The notes under the pieces were generated by a model, which searched no databases, was not told the DNA's origin, and saw nothing but the letters and a program-made list of their open reading frames with translations. Shown one piece after another: positions 18,141-25,911 of a stretch of DNA of 44,665 nt. Each line of letters starts with the position of its first letter. The stretch's first letter is position 1. The DNA comes from an uncultured Candidatus Saccharibacteria bacterium. Its GTDB lineage: Bacteria; Patescibacteriota; Minisyncoccia; UBA6257; Colwellbacteraceae. Where the stretch lies: the NCBI GenBank assembly GCA_964609135.1, contig CAZSQQ010000001.1, positions 1-44,665 of the forward strand. The letters are read 5' to 3'. Made by a program: the position numbers and the translations under genes.

Positions 18141-19899
18141 AAATTTATCAAAAAATAGCCTTATAAAGGTTTTTAGGCGCCTAAAAAAAGATACGAAGGG
18201 TTTTTCTACACTACTTGTACGAGACCCGATTGATTTTGTCGATTTCGAATCAAATTTGGATGAATCGCTTGATTCTTTATTATTGGAAATTAATAAAAAT
18301 CATTATCATCCACAGAAACCCTGCTTACATCCCTCGCCGAAAAGTAAGGGTATCAATCGATCAACGGTTGTCTTTGATGTGAAAGATGCGCTGGTTTATC
18401 GCTTTTGTGTTGAACAAATCGAAGATGTACTTTTCAAAAAAGCCCGGCAGAAAAATATCCGCGGTGGAGTAAAAATTACTCTAAATCGTGCGAGCGGGGG
18501 CGAGGATTTTTATGAAAAATGGTTTAAGGATTGGACAGACCACCTAAACAGCATTGAGGAAAGCCTGAAAACAAAAAAATATTTAGTTAACACGGATATT
18601 GCTTCCTACTTTGAAAACATAAATATTTTAGTGCTCAAAGATTTGGTCCGAAGCGATGTGAAAGAGAAAAAGGGCGTTATGAATTTACTTTTTTATTTTT
18701 TGGAAAACACGAGGTTTAGAATCGACTATGAGGTCAATACTTTTACAGGCCTTCTTCAAGAAGATATCGATTGTTCTCGTGTGCTGGCATATTACTTTTT
18801 ACACTTACACGATGGCGAAATGCGAACTTTTTGCCGAATGCATGATGCTGAGTTTTATCGCTTTGTAGATGATATGTCTATTGCAGTGAATTCAGAGGTT
18901 ACTGGTAAGAAGGCATTAAGGTGCATTACAGAATCCTTAAGGCGTTTAAACCTGGTATCCAGTATTGAGAAAACTACAATTTTTAATCGTAAGGTCGCAA
19001 AGCAGCAACTCTTCTTTGCGGAAAATAAAAAACTGTCAAAATTAGAACAAAAAGTTTTGATTAAATTAGGCAAAGGACAAAAAGTTTCCGGAGATATTCA
19101 AGCGATCCAAAAATACTATCAAAAGCTTTTAAGAGAAAGGAAAGATGAATATAAAAATTGGATAAAAATACTCAAACGATTTTATTCTCTCGCAGCATAT
19201 ACAAAATCTAACTTTCTTTTTTCAGAAATAAAAAAACATATTATTGATCATCCTATCCTTTTTACGGGAAGCAACACAAAACTAAGTAAATATCTTCTCA
19301 GGACTCAAGCGGAGAAAAAATTTAATAGTGTAATTAGTGGCATTATTGAGTATCTCTATTCAGAAGAGAATCTTTATCCCGCTACCGAGACGAGTTTACT
19401 CGAACTTTTATTAATTATCGACCCCCAGAACTATTCTCCAAATGTAAAAAATAAGATAAAAATATTAGCGGATAATATTCTGTTTAAGAAAAACGACTAC
19501 AAACCCCTTTCGGATTATGCTCGAGCGTTGGCTTGTTTACTTTTTTATCGTTATAGGCACGATGATATCGATAAAGTAGCAAATCACTATTTGCAATCAA
19601 ACGAAGAAAATCGTCTTATAAGAAAATATTTGATTTTTGTTTCGTTAATAACACAGAATAATGATTTAAGAGCTAAGGTGTTAAATAAAGCTAGGAAAGA
19701 GCAGGACCTGTCAATTAACCGTCTTGTGAATCTCATTGATAACATAAATGAGTATAAAAAATTGTCGACAATCAAACATTATCTTAAAGAAAAAGAAATT
19801 TACTATACCTATAAAAATCCGTCGGTTCAGATAACTGAAAAGTATGAAGCAGTACGCGCAGAAATACTTAACAAACTTATCGATATCTATTCAACCTGA
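18121..19899 (+). CDS. Reverse transcriptase, probably UG/Abi (defence-associated) type, with alpha-helical C-terminal extension
   Basis: RT motifs in order: Y.P...PKSKG..R, DALVY, TDIASYFENI, GLLQ...S..LA, YRFVDD and EKT. About 300 aa of helical C-terminus. ATG 18121 overlaps the last 20 nt of the R-M gene. Confidence 0.88.
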   Translation: MVRKTIENLSKNSLIKVFRRLKKDTKGFSTLLVRDPIDFVDFESNLDESLDSLLLEINKNHYHPQKPCLHPSPKSKGINRSTVVFDVKDALVYRFCVEQIEDVLFKKARQKNIRGGVKITLNRASGGEDFYEKWFKDWTDHLNSIEESLKTKKYLVNTDIASYFENINILVLKDLVRSDVKEKKGVMNLLFYFLENTRFRIDYEVNTFTGLLQEDIDCSRVLAYYFLHLHDGEMRTFCRMHDAEFYRFVDDMSIAVNSEVTGKKALRCITESLRRLNLVSSIEKTTIFNRKVAKQQLFFAENKKLSKLEQKVLIKLGKGQKVSGDIQAIQKYYQKLLRERKDEYKNWIKILKRFYSLAAYTKSNFLFSEIKKHIIDHPILFTGSNTKLSKYLLRTQAEKKFNSVISGIIEYLYSEENLYPATETSLLELLLIIDPQNYSPNVKNKIKILADNILFKKNDYKPLSDYARALACLLFYRYRHDDIDKVANHYLQSNEENRLIRKYLIFVSLITQNNDLRAKVLNKARKEQDLSINRLVNLIDNINEYKKLSTIKHYLKEKEIYYTYKNPSVQITEKYEAVRAEILNKLIDIYST

Positions 19900-19910
19900 G
19901 GAATTAAAAT

Positions 19911-20126
19911 ATGAAAAAGGAAGTAATGAGAAGCATTGTGAATATGGAACTTAAAACTCTAATGCCACCAGGTTTGAATGAGATTCAACAAAAACTTTGG
20001 AGGTTTCTGTTCAATATGCTGAGGCAGAATGACTTATCGCAGATAAATCCGAAAGGTGGTTCGGTTATATCTATTGAATGTATTGAACAGTTAAAAAGGA
20101 GTAATCCAGAAGAATTTCCAAACTAA
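19911..20126 (+). CDS. Small hypothetical protein (71 aa) downstream of the RT
   Basis: ATG 11 nt after the RT stop with a GAGGA SD; same strand. Confidence 0.6.
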   Translation: MKKEVMRSIVNMELKTLMPPGLNEIQQKLWRFLFNMLRQNDLSQINPKGGSVISIECIEQLKRSNPEEFPN

Positions 20127-20161
20127 ACAAAAGGCCGAAGAAATGATTGGATAATAAGTAA

Positions 20162-20338
20162 ATGAGTTTCTTCACTCCGGTCCCCGATAGCCCTGATAAC
20201 GAAGCTATTCGAGAATTAAGAGATTCTGTTAAGGATTTAAACAAATCCACCAGATTTTCTAGTATAGTTATGGCCGTTTTGACTTTAGCACTAGTTATTC
20301 TTACAGGAGTTTTAATTTGGCAAGGGTTTGGGCAATGA
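20162..20338 (+). CDS. Small single-pass membrane protein (58 aa; not in ORF track)
   Basis: MSFFTPVPDSPDNEAIRELRDSVKDLNKSTRFSSIVMAVLTLALVILTGVLIWQGFGQ*: amphipathic helix followed by a TM segment. Confidence 0.6.
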   Translation: MSFFTPVPDSPDNEAIRELRDSVKDLNKSTRFSSIVMAVLTLALVILTGVLIWQGFGQ

Positions 20339-20402
20339 CCAACTTTAATTTTCAGAAAAAGCTAAATTCCTAAAACCGGGAATCTACAAGCCCCAATTCA
20401 TA

Positions 20403-20431
20403 TCTCTAATTCGCGCGAATTGGCGAATAGT
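20403..20431. repeat. Dispersed 29-bp repeat TCTCTAATTCGCGCGAATWGGCGAATAGT, copy 1
   Basis: 28/29 identical to 25205-25233; palindromic core ATTCGCGCGAAT. Confidence 0.8.
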
Positions 20432-20474
20432 ACGAAAAGTATACAGAATTCAATAAATAAGGTAAAATTTTGAT

Positions 20475-21212
20475 ATGGAAATATATCAAAAACTAAAGGA
20501 AATTTTCTTGGTCGTTTTAATTTTGGTCGGTTTGGTTTCCTTGTCGGCCATTAACAAGTGGAGTGGTTCGGTTTATCCAGTGAGGTCGTTTACGGTCTCG
20601 GCCGACGGCAAGGCAACGGTTGTGCCGGACATTGCCAATGTTTCTTTCTCGGTAGTTTCCGAAGGTTCTGATCCGGAGAGGCTTCAAGTCGATAATAACG
20701 ACAAAATGACTAAAGCCATTGATTTCGTTAAATCCTTGGGGGTGGATGCGAAAGACATAAAGACCACCAATTATAATCTTTCGCCCCGCTACGAATATGA
20801 TGAAAAAACCCGTAAGTCTTACATTACTGGCTACACTTTAACTCAAACCGCCTCGGTTAAAATCCGAGATTTAAGCAAAGTCGCCAAAATCTTGGGCGGA
20901 CTTTCCAATTCAGGCGTGAATCAAATAACCGGTCCCTCTTTTGGCATCGAAGATCCTGAAAAATATTTGGGAGAAGCAAGAAAGCAGGCTTTCGAAAAAG
21001 CCAAGGCTAAAGCCAATGTTATGGCCCTTGAAAATGGAGTACGGATTAAGAGGTTAGTTAATTTCTCTGAATTTCAAGGCGGCCCAGTTCCTTATTATCG
21101 AGCTGAAGCGTTGGGCGGAGGAGGGGATTTTGCTAAAACACCGCTCCCGACAATCGAGCTGGGCACCCAGGAAGTAACCGTACAAGTCAGTGTCACCTAT
21201 GAAATTGAATAA
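20475..21212 (+). CDS. SIMPL (DUF541) domain protein
   Basis: TM anchor; TVSADGKATVVPDIA, DIKTTNYNL.P.Y and V.V.VSVTYEI motifs. Confidence 0.9.
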   Translation: MEIYQKLKEIFLVVLILVGLVSLSAINKWSGSVYPVRSFTVSADGKATVVPDIANVSFSVVSEGSDPERLQVDNNDKMTKAIDFVKSLGVDAKDIKTTNYNLSPRYEYDEKTRKSYITGYTLTQTASVKIRDLSKVAKILGGLSNSGVNQITGPSFGIEDPEKYLGEARKQAFEKAKAKANVMALENGVRIKRLVNFSEFQGGPVPYYRAEALGGGGDFAKTPLPTIELGTQEVTVQVSVTYEIE

Positions 21213-21294
21213 ACTTATTCCCAAAATCTTTGCAAGTGCAATAATCTTGATGGTCATTTTCGGATTAGTTTACGGATCAATCGGCACTCTATAG
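21199..21294 (+). CDS. Putative 31-aa hydrophobic peptide (not in ORF track)
   Basis: MKLNKLIPKIFASAIILMVIFGLVYGSIGTL*; overlaps the SIMPL end and its stop abuts the GtrA ATG. Confidence 0.4.
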   Translation: MKLNKLIPKIFASAIILMVIFGLVYGSIGTL

Positions 21295-21891
21295 ATGACG
21301 AGAAGAGACTTTGTTGTCGGCGCCTTGGCTGGAGTTCTTATCGGGATTTTGTCACTGCCCATAACAAGCAATCTTTCTCTTGGAGGAGGTTTACCTTTTC
21401 AGCTTGGTGTTGTCGTGCTTCTGCCGATTCTCACTTTAATCGGCCTTTTGGCGGCAAACTTCCTGGCTAAATTCTTTCCCATTTTCTGGCAATTAGCCAA
21501 GTTTGCGGTCATCGGCGGACTTAACACCTTTTTGGACTTTGCCGCATTAAACAGTCTTATATTTCTAAGCGGCGTCTCGAGCGGTTCCGGATATTCGCTT
21601 TTCAAAGGAATTTCTTTTACCGTTGCGGTTGTTAATAGTTATTTTTGGAATAAAAAATGGACCTTTGACTCTCAAGAAAGAGAGGGCGGGAAAGAGTTTG
21701 TCCAATTCTTGGTCGTCAGTCTCGTCGGCTTCGGAATAAATGTCGGCAGCGCTTCTTTTATTGTGAATGTCTTGGGCGGGGGGTGGGATATATCTCCTAA
21801 TCTGCTTGCCAATCTTGGGGCTTTGACCGCAACCTTGCTCTCGCTTGCTTGGAATTTCGTCGGCTATAAGTTTGTGGTCTTTAAGAAATGA
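21295..21891 (+). CDS. GtrA-family membrane protein
   Basis: QLAKFAVIGGLNT.LDF, NSYFWNKKWTF and WNFVGYKFVVF motifs. Confidence 0.92.
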   Translation: MTRRDFVVGALAGVLIGILSLPITSNLSLGGGLPFQLGVVVLLPILTLIGLLAANFLAKFFPIFWQLAKFAVIGGLNTFLDFAALNSLIFLSGVSSGSGYSLFKGISFTVAVVNSYFWNKKWTFDSQEREGGKEFVQFLVVSLVGFGINVGSASFIVNVLGGGWDISPNLLANLGALTATLLSLAWNFVGYKFVVFKK

Positions 21892-21892
21892 T

Positions 21893-21947
21893 TTGACAAA
21901 ACCCAAGTTTTTATTATACTTCTAGGCTAATTACACTGTTCTTTAAC
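21893..21947 (+). promoter_or_regulatory. sigma70 promoter plus boxA-like element of cassette 2
   Basis: TTGACA (21893-98), 16-nt spacer, TATACT (21915-20), GTTCTTTAAC (21938-47). Confidence 0.7.
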
Positions 21948-22052
21948 GTCTCTGGATGTGACGCTAACTGCTGGGCAGGAAAGGGTTTGTGCAATTACAG
22001 AAATCTTTTCTTGCCTAGCAGAAAAGTGTTGAAAGAGAGGGGGCGAACCGCC

Positions 22053-22325
22053 ATGGCGATCCAGACGACAAAGCGGGGCGCCTCCGAGCGCCTCTGTCAG
22101 AGCTGCGGGGACAATCTCCGGTTCCCAGTACTGCCACCTCTTCTGATTCTTCAAGGACCGGATGGGAAATAGGAGGTGTTAGGACCTCTCTGCGACAACT
22201 GTCACAGTGAGAGATTCGGAACTGCGGAAGCCTGCTACACGAGAGATAAGGCGGACAAGCGAGTCTCTGCGCTGAACAGAGGTCTGATTACCGGGTATCG
22301 CAACTGGTACTCAGACCGCGACTAG
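22053..22325 (+). pseudogene. Zinc-ribbon-like small protein interrupted by an in-frame TAG (cassette 2)
   Basis: MAIQTTKRGASERLCQSCGDNLRFPVLPPLLILQGPDGK*EVLGPLCDNCHSERF...SDRD*: two CxxC motifs in one frame either side of TAG 22170-72. Confidence 0.6.
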
Positions 22326-22523
22326 CGTGTCACATCCTGCACTGCAAGGCGTTGAGGTGAACAACGTCCCAAGAAGCACTGATGACCAAAGACGAGAAAG
22401 GGGCCTTCCTCCCAGACTCTCTAGGCCTAGGTGCGTGCAAAACCGGGGATGAGCTGGAGGGTAGAGGTGATCTGCAATTGAGTGCGGGACCACCGACCCT
22501 CCTGCCTCTCCGGCTCACATCCA

Positions 22524-22569
22524 TGCCCAAGGAGGGAGTGGGCCCGCCACAAGCCCACTCCCTCGGGCA
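22524..22569 (+). terminator. Strong hairpin closing the cassette 2 region
   Basis: GAGGGAGTGGGC (22532-43) / GCCCACTCCCTC (22553-64), 12-bp stem. Confidence 0.65.
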
Positions 22570-22589
22570 CCAGATTTTGAAAATTTCTC

Positions 22590-22719
22590 TTGACTTTTAT
22601 TTAAAAAACCGTATAATGTTGGCAGAGTGAGTGTTATGGCAATCCTTAGCGACGATATCGACTGAGGATTCCCTCCAATTTGTTGGCTCGAGCCCCGCCG
22701 TAAGGCGGGGTTTGGGTTT
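22590..22719 (+). ncRNA. Candidate ~95-nt sRNA or mini-ORF transcript
   Basis: TTGACT (22590-95), 16-nt spacer, TATAAT (22612-17); internal AATCCTTAG/CTGAGGATT stem; CCCCGCC-GTAA-GGCGGGG terminator with T tail. Confidence 0.4.
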
Positions 22720-22741
22720 ATGGTGAGCTTAGCCGAACCAT
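22720..22741. repeat. REP-like palindrome ATGGTGAGCTTAGCCGAACCAT
   Basis: Near reverse complement of 7804-7824. Confidence 0.7.
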
Positions 22742-22764
22742 TCTTTTGGTGTATAATTTAGCGA

Positions 22765-23826
22765 ATGACGATTTATCTTTTGCGAGTCAGCTTGGATATC
22801 GAGGGGGAGAATTTAGAAGCTTCACCGAGACTCCAAGCCGCAGTTCAGACCATAAAGTCTCTCACAAAAAAGAACAACAAAATTGTCCTTCTTAGCCATA
22901 GAGGAAGACCAAAAAAATTTGAAAAGAACCTAAGCCTTAAACCATTTCAGGCGATTTTATCTAAAAAACTTAACAAGAAAGTTATCTTTTTACCCAAATT
23001 CAACTTCCAAGCGATTCGACAGGAAATATCTTCTGCACCCCTAGGCAGTATTTTTTTGCTTGAAAATCTAAGATTCCTGCCGGGCGAGATTAGAAACAGC
23101 GAGAAACTGGCCAGAGAGCTATCAAGTTTGGGAAACATTTACGTGAACGACGATTTCGCAACCAGTCACAGAGAGAACGCTTCCACTGTCGGCGTCTCAA
23201 AACTCTTGCCCAGCCGTTTGGGACCGACTTTCAAGAAAGAGATCAAAAACTTAAACAAGGTTCTTAAAAAGCCTAAAAAACCAGTGGTCTTGATAATAGG
23301 AGGCTTAAAGATGACCGATAAGATCGGTGTCATTAAAAACCTGTTGCCGAAAGTGGAGTCGGTTCTTTTAGGCGGCGGGCCGGCCAATACCTTTCTTAAG
23401 GCCCGAGGATTCCCCATCGGCAAATCGATATTTGAGAAAGAGCTTGTAAGAACCGCGAAAGCGCTTAGTCGGAACAGCAAGGTTATCCTGCCAATGGATT
23501 TCAAGATAGACCAGAGCCGAATCTTGGATATCGGCTCCAACACTTTGGAAAATTATGAAAGAATTATAAATAACGCGAAAACAATCGTCTGGGGCGGTCC
23601 GGTCGGGTTATTCGAAAAGCCCGGCTTTGAAGAGGGAACCTACGGCATAGCGAGAGCGGTTGCGGAATCAAGGGGCTTCTCGGTTGTGGGAGGTGGGGAG
23701 ACCACCGAAGTTATTGTTAAACTCGGTTTAGAGAAAAAAATCAATTTTATCTCAACCGGCGGGGGAGCGATGTTAGAATACTTGGCCGGCAAGAAACTGC
23801 CAGCCCTAAAATACCTAAGGAAATGA
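22765..23826 (+). CDS. pgk: Phosphoglycerate kinase
   Basis: LSHRGRP, LENLRF, YVNDDF.TSHR, IIGGLK..DKI, GPVGLFE, GGGET and STGGGA.LEYL.G..LP motifs. Confidence 0.95.
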   Translation: MTIYLLRVSLDIEGENLEASPRLQAAVQTIKSLTKKNNKIVLLSHRGRPKKFEKNLSLKPFQAILSKKLNKKVIFLPKFNFQAIRQEISSAPLGSIFLLENLRFLPGEIRNSEKLARELSSLGNIYVNDDFATSHRENASTVGVSKLLPSRLGPTFKKEIKNLNKVLKKPKKPVVLIIGGLKMTDKIGVIKNLLPKVESVLLGGGPANTFLKARGFPIGKSIFEKELVRTAKALSRNSKVILPMDFKIDQSRILDIGSNTLENYERIINNAKTIVWGGPVGLFEKPGFEEGTYGIARAVAESRGFSVVGGGETTEVIVKLGLEKKINFISTGGGAMLEYLAGKKLPALKYLRK

Positions 23827-24671
23827 AGAAAATAGTTGTCTTATACCACGGCGATTGCTGGGACGGCTTTGGCGGCGCTTGGGCGGCCTGGAAAAAGTTT
23901 GGCAAAAGAGCTTCATACATTGGGTTAAATCATGACGGAACTGCTGACAAAGTAGTTTCGGGGCTTAGAAACCGCGAGATTTATGTAATTGATTTCAGTT
24001 TCCCGGAGAACGAATACCCAGAAGTCATGGAAAAACTTGTGACTTATAACAAAGTGGTTGCCCTCGACCATCATATAAGCGGAGAGAAAGCGACAAAATT
24101 AGCTCATGAATACCGTTATGCCCTAAACCATTCTGGCGCAACTATCGCTTGGAAGTACTTCCACCCAAAGAAAAAAACGCCAAAGTTACTATTATATATC
24201 GAGGATAATGATCTCTGGAAATTCAAATTGCGAGGAGCCAAAGAAATCTCTTCCTATATGCAGATGTTTAACTACAACTTTAAGCTTTTCAGTAAGCTAT
24301 TGAAGACGATTGAACGCCCAGCTTCAAGGAAAAAGTTTATAGAAAAAGGTTTGGAAATTCTGAAATATCAAGACGAACTCATAAGTCGGTTACTGGAAAA
24401 TGCCACTCTAGTTAAATTTGCTGGCTATCGCACGCTGGCGGTTAATGCGCCGATATTCCGATCAGAAATCGGTCATCTCTTGGCAAAAAAGGAACCACCG
24501 ATTGGAATCGTCTGGTATCTCCAAAGCAACAATATCATGATTTCTCTTCGCTCTAACGGCAAAGTTGATGTCTCTAAAATCGCTGAAAGGTTCGGCGGTG
24601 GAGGCCACAAGGGCGCCGCTGGTTTTGCGATTCCCCTTGGTCAAAAATTGCCTTGGAAAATAATAAAATGA
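23823..24671 (+). CDS. DHH/DHHA1-family phosphoesterase (NrnB-like)
   Basis: YH.DC.DG, DHH, SGA..AW, D.DLW and GGGHKGAAGF motifs. Confidence 0.9.
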   Translation: MKKIVVLYHGDCWDGFGGAWAAWKKFGKRASYIGLNHDGTADKVVSGLRNREIYVIDFSFPENEYPEVMEKLVTYNKVVALDHHISGEKATKLAHEYRYALNHSGATIAWKYFHPKKKTPKLLLYIEDNDLWKFKLRGAKEISSYMQMFNYNFKLFSKLLKTIERPASRKKFIEKGLEILKYQDELISRLLENATLVKFAGYRTLAVNAPIFRSEIGHLLAKKEPPIGIVWYLQSNNIMISLRSNGKVDVSKIAERFGGGGHKGAAGFAIPLGQKLPWKIIK

Positions 24672-25189
24672 AGCTTTTAAACATTGCTGTCGGTACGACT
24701 TATGACCAGAAAATTAATTACTTGAAAGAGATATTGACTGAACTCGGACTGGAAGCCAATATTCTTGCCGCAAAAGTTGAAAGTGGAGTTGCTGACCAAC
24801 CGATGACATCTCTCGAGACTAAGCGAGGCTCAATTAATCGCGCTAAGGAGGCGCTTCTAAAAAATCCAGAAGCAGATTTTGCAATCGGCGTTGAAGTAGG
24901 CTATGATCTTAATGAAGATAAGAAATACGAAGTGTTTTGCTGGGCTTCAATAGTTGATAAACAAGGCAATACTATTTCGCACACATCAGACCGCTTTCTC
25001 TTGCCTAAATTCCACCAGGAGGTTCTGAAGAAAAATCTAAATCTTAGTGATTACGTACGGGAGTACTTTAAACTTAGTAATGATAATCTCACCAAATATG
25101 TCGGCGAGATTATCCAATGGAGAAAACCTTTTATTACCACTGCGATTCGTCATGCTCTAATCCATTACTTAAAGCGGGAAGAATTCTAA
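24668..25189 (+). CDS. yjjX: Non-canonical purine NTP phosphatase (inosine/xanthosine triphosphatase, DUF84)
   Basis: VESGVADQPM...ET..G..NRA and A..AIGVE.G motifs; ATGA overlap with the DHH gene stop. Confidence 0.8.
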   Translation: MKLLNIAVGTTYDQKINYLKEILTELGLEANILAAKVESGVADQPMTSLETKRGSINRAKEALLKNPEADFAIGVEVGYDLNEDKKYEVFCWASIVDKQGNTISHTSDRFLLPKFHQEVLKKNLNLSDYVREYFKLSNDNLTKYVGEIIQWRKPFITTAIRHALIHYLKREEF

Positions 25190-25204
25190 AGACTATTTTA
25201 TCCT

Positions 25205-25233
25205 TCTCTAATTCGCGCGAATAGGCGAATAGT
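25205..25233. repeat. Dispersed 29-bp repeat, copy 2
   Basis: 28/29 identical to 20403-20431; ends 6 nt before the rnhA ATG. Confidence 0.8.
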
Positions 25234-25239
25234 TAAATT

Positions 25240-25662
25240 ATGATTAAATCAGCTCAAGACAAAAAACTAATAATTTATACCGATGGGGGAGCCAGAGGTA
25301 ACCCGGGGCCGGCGGCTATCGGCGTAGTCGTTGGTGAAAAGATGTACGGCGAGCAAATCGGTAGGACTACCAATAATGTGGCCGAGTATAAAGCGGTGAT
25401 TTTTGCTCTGAAAAAAGCTAAGCAGCTCTTAGGGAAGAAGAAAACCAAAGAAATGGAAGTTGAGGTAAGAAGTGATAGTGAGCTTTTATCTCGACAATTA
25501 AATGGCTTATACAAAATCGAGGGAAAAGAACTCCAGCCGCTTTTTATAGAAATCTGGAACTTGAAGCAGGATTTTAAGAAAGTTAATTTTATCCACGTCA
25601 CCAGGGATAAAAACAGGGAAGCGGATAGGTTGGTGAATAGGACGTTGGATACATTGTTTTAA
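25240..25662 (+). CDS. rnhA: Ribonuclease HI
   Basis: YTDGGARGNPGPA, TNNVAEY, SDSEL and NREAD.L catalytic motifs. Confidence 0.93.
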   Translation: MIKSAQDKKLIIYTDGGARGNPGPAAIGVVVGEKMYGEQIGRTTNNVAEYKAVIFALKKAKQLLGKKKTKEMEVEVRSDSELLSRQLNGLYKIEGKELQPLFIEIWNLKQDFKKVNFIHVTRDKNREADRLVNRTLDTLF

Positions 25663-25665
25663 AAA

Positions 25666-25715
25666 TTGACAATTTTTCCCGCCTCGCTATTGTGAAACTA
25701 GCGCCGTTCTTTCAG
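25666..25715 (+). promoter_or_regulatory. sigma70 promoter plus boxA-like element of cassette 3
   Basis: TTGACA (25666-71), 16-nt spacer, TATTGT (25688-93), GTTCTTTCAG (25706-15). Confidence 0.6.
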
Positions 25716-25737
25716 AGGTTTTGGCAAGGTGGGGGAG

Positions 25738-25851
25738 GTGAATCCAATATCGCAATTTTGGCGCTATCTCCAGGTCGTCGGCTGTTTCGTCATCTTCACG
25801 CTCGTGCTCTTCGCCGTGGCGATAGTCTCAGCCTACTGCGCGAGCCGCTGA
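25738..25851 (+). CDS. Small hydrophobic single-TM peptide (37 aa from GTG; cassette 3; not in ORF track)
   Basis: MNPISQFWRYLQVVGCFVIFTLVLFAVAIVSAYCASR*; GC3-rich codons; purine-rich SD region upstream; followed by hairpins. Confidence 0.55.
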   Translation: MNPISQFWRYLQVVGCFVIFTLVLFAVAIVSAYCASR

Positions 25852-25911
25852 AACACCTTGTCATTTCCTCATCCCATCTGGGAGACGGCTTTGGCCGTCT
25901 CATCATCACGC

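Noticed and set aside
18121-19899. RT as a retron, group II intron or DGR component
   Set aside because: No NAxxH or VTG motifs, no room for msr-msd upstream (overlapping gene), no intron domain V or maturase/HNH tail, and no TR/VR pair or avd-like gene recognised. Not formally excluded without a phylogeny.
22170-22172. Genome-wide amber recoding or A-to-I editing explaining the in-frame TAG (and the ATA at 25747)
   Set aside because: TAG is used as a normal stop elsewhere (fmt, 26818, 21294), no suppressor tRNA is present, and an in-frame GTG at 25738 removes the need for an edited start.
22382-22630. 82-aa ORF in the track
   Set aside because: It runs through a strong hairpin and the next promoter; probably spurious or a decayed remnant.
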